Source of the DNA: Photobacterium rosenbergii
Lineage (GTDB): Bacteria > Pseudomonadota > Gammaproteobacteria > Enterobacterales > Vibrionaceae
Reading direction: 5' to 3'
Length of the DNA: 32,000 nt
NCBI RefSeq assembly: GCF_003026455.1
Contig: NZ_PYMB01000002.1
Coordinates: 64,856-96,855 of the forward strand
Position numbers and translations under genes: made by a program. Within the stretch, counting starts at the first letter, position 1. Each line of letters opens with the position of its first letter. The notes under the pieces were generated by a model. That model did no database searches and was not told the origin of the DNA. It worked only from the letters and a program-made list of their open reading frames with translations. This document shows positions 30,620-32,000 of the stretch, piece after piece.

Positions 30620-31510
30620 ATGAATATAGAAAGTAAGTGGTTAGAAGACTTTTTGGTGCTAGCTGAAGTGAGGAACTTCTCCCTAGCCGCAGAAAAACGT
30701 AATGTTACCCAGCCTGCATTCAGTCGCCGAATCAAGGCATTGGAGCAGACTGTCGGGGCGGAGTTGATTGATAGAAGCAAGACCCCAGTCGCATTGACCC
30801 CTAGTGGCAGGTTGTTCCGTATTACGGCGCGTACCTTGATCAACCAAATGATGGATGGAATAGGTCAGTTATCTGATCTTTCCAAGCTGGGCGGAAACAA
30901 TGTCCGGGTGGCTGCAGCCCATTCGTTGGCGACCAGTTTGGTGCCGTCGATTCAAACAGAACTGATGGCAGGTAAGCATAAGCCGATATTGAGTGTCGAG
31001 GCGATCGATGTCGATGAAGCGATTGAAGAACTTCAAGAAGGTGGCTGTGATATTCTGCTTGCCTTCGATGATGAACTGTTGCGTCTACCACCTTACCAGT
31101 CATTGCAAGTAGGGCAGGCTGAGTTGTTGCCTGTCTGTGCCTGTGATGAAGCGGGCAAACCGCTTTATAGTATTACCGCAGAGACTGAAGTCCCTTGGCT
31201 AGCTTATAGCCCGAGCTCCTACATGGGGCGGCAGGTTGAAGTGGTCCGGGAGCAAGTGAATTTACAACCGGTGTTTTCATCTTCCATGACAGACTTGCTC
31301 AAGACGTTAGCGTTGCAGGGACTGGGCGTCGCCTGGTTGCCGGATTACGCCATTAAGCAGGATTTGGCAAATGGTAAGGTGGCAATACTGGGCGATGAGT
31401 CACTGCGCCTTCCTATCACCTATTATGCATACCGTTATCAGGCTCGCTTGCATCCTGCAGGCGAACAGGTGTGGCAGGCTTTGCGCCTCCATGCCCAAAA
31501 GCAGATTTAA
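30620..31510 (+). CDS. LysR-family transcriptional regulator (resembles the YjiE/HypT subgroup)
   Basis: NIESKWLEDFLVLAEVRNFSLAAEKRNVTQPAFSRRIKALEQTVGAELIDR and AIDVDEAIEELQEGGCDILLAF resemble E. coli YjiE as I recall it. The subgroup assignment is tentative. Confidence 0.8.
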   Translation: MNIESKWLEDFLVLAEVRNFSLAAEKRNVTQPAFSRRIKALEQTVGAELIDRSKTPVALTPSGRLFRITARTLINQMMDGIGQLSDLSKLGGNNVRVAAAHSLATSLVPSIQTELMAGKHKPILSVEAIDVDEAIEELQEGGCDILLAFDDELLRLPPYQSLQVGQAELLPVCACDEAGKPLYSITAETEVPWLAYSPSSYMGRQVEVVREQVNLQPVFSSSMTDLLKTLALQGLGVAWLPDYAIKQDLANGKVAILGDESLRLPITYYAYRYQARLHPAGEQVWQALRLHAQKQI

Positions 31511-31530
31511 TTTCAGGCTATGAAAATGAT

Positions 31531-31564
31531 AAAAGCGAAGCGCCAACTGGCGCTTCGCTTTTAT
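31531..31564. terminator. Bidirectional intrinsic terminator between the convergent LysR and dcu genes
   Basis: AAAAGCGAAGCGCC-aact-GGCGCTTCGCTTTT (14-bp stem including the A/T arms). Confidence 0.88.
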
Positions 31565-31594
31565 TTGGGTGACCGGTTGTAACCCAGCTTGCCA

Positions 31595-32000
31595 TTACAC
31601 AATCATAGGTGCCAACAGGAAGCCGCATACCGTCGAGACCGCCACACCAATCAAGCCTGGCATCAAGAATGGGTGGTCGAAGATATTCTTGCCCATACGG
31701 GTTGAACCTGTTGAATCAAACTCAATAGCTGCTAATGATGTTGGGTAGGTCGGAAGGACAAACACACCGGTAACCGCGACGAATGAAGCTAGGATCGCCC
31801 AGTGTGGCACCTGCAAGCTCAGCGCCAATGGGATGATCAGAGGCGTTGTCGCTCCTTGCGAAAGTAATAGGGTGCAAGTGCCAAACAGTACCAGTGACAG
31901 TAGCATTGGGTAGGATTGCAACAAGGAGCCAGCAAACTCTTTAATTTCAGGTAGGTAGGCGTTCACCATGGTTGAGCCCATCGTCACAATACCTAGGATA
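31595..32000 (-). CDS. Anaerobic C4-dicarboxylate transporter, Dcu (DcuA/DcuB) family, C-terminal part only
   Basis: The C-terminal sequence ...VLPTYPTSLAAIEFDSTGSTRMGKNIFDHPFLMPGLIGVAVSTVCGFLL matches the conserved Dcu C-terminus. The frame stays open (…ILGIVTMGS…) to the window edge, so the ORF-track GTG at 31987 is internal. Confidence 0.8.
   Translation of the reverse strand, partial: ILGIVTMGSTMVNAYLPEIKEFAGSLLQSYPMLLSLVLFGTCTLLLSQGATTPLIIPLALSLQVPHWAILASFVAVTGVFVLPTYPTSLAAIEFDSTGSTRMGKNIFDHPFLMPGLIGVAVSTVCGFLLAPMIV

Noticed and set aside
1-32000. Scan for CRISPR arrays, tRNA/rRNA genes, IS or integrase genes, dif, matS (GTGAC-N3-GTCAC) and E. coli-type tor boxes
   Set aside because: I recognised none by eye. 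There are no spaced direct-repeat arrays, no transposase- or integrase-like translations in the ORF track, and no match to the dif, matS or tor-box consensus sequences as I recall them. An eye scan is not exhaustive, so tRNAscan, Infernal and a repeat finder should be run to confirm.

Overview
This window looks like conserved chromosomal core from a marine gammaproteobacterium, probably Vibrionaceae. That guess rests on E. coli-like synteny (elyC-cmoM-mukFEB; msbA-lpxK-ycaR-kdsB) plus a torECA operon that carries torE. Gene order is: comEC (5' end cut by the window edge), msbA-lpxK-ycaR-kdsB, an EamA/DMT transporter (-), a TcyP/YdjN-type cystine symporter (-), elyC (-), cmoM-mukF-mukE-mukB, an acidic lipoprotein, a secreted Sel1-repeat protein, torE-torC-torA, a group II truncated haemoglobin, a LysR regulator and lutCBA (all -), a YfcA/TauE permease, an Asp/Glu-racemase-family gene (-) divergent from a second LysR regulator, and the 3' part of a Dcu C4-dicarboxylate transporter (-, runs off the window). 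Two conserved genes under 60 aa are missing from the ORF track: ycaR (5068..5247) and torE (19742..19915). Several ORF-track starts appear too far upstream (tcyP, mukE, lipoprotein, yfcA, globin). I found no CRISPR array, tRNA/rRNA, transposase, integrase, defence or toxin-antitoxin genes, and no convincing novel multi-gene system. The observations most worth a second look are: (a) two 7-nt-period tandem arrays built on stop codons, sitting exactly at gene 3' ends (7120..7149 and 24307..24361); (b) a 624-bp AT-rich spacer between lutA and yfcA with a promoter-like element followed by a terminator-like hairpin in the yfcA leader; (c) a two-gene lipoprotein/Sel1 insert between mukB and tor; (d) torECA without torD, with a globin gene at that position. 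All functional calls come from reading the translations and recalling protein families; no database search was run.
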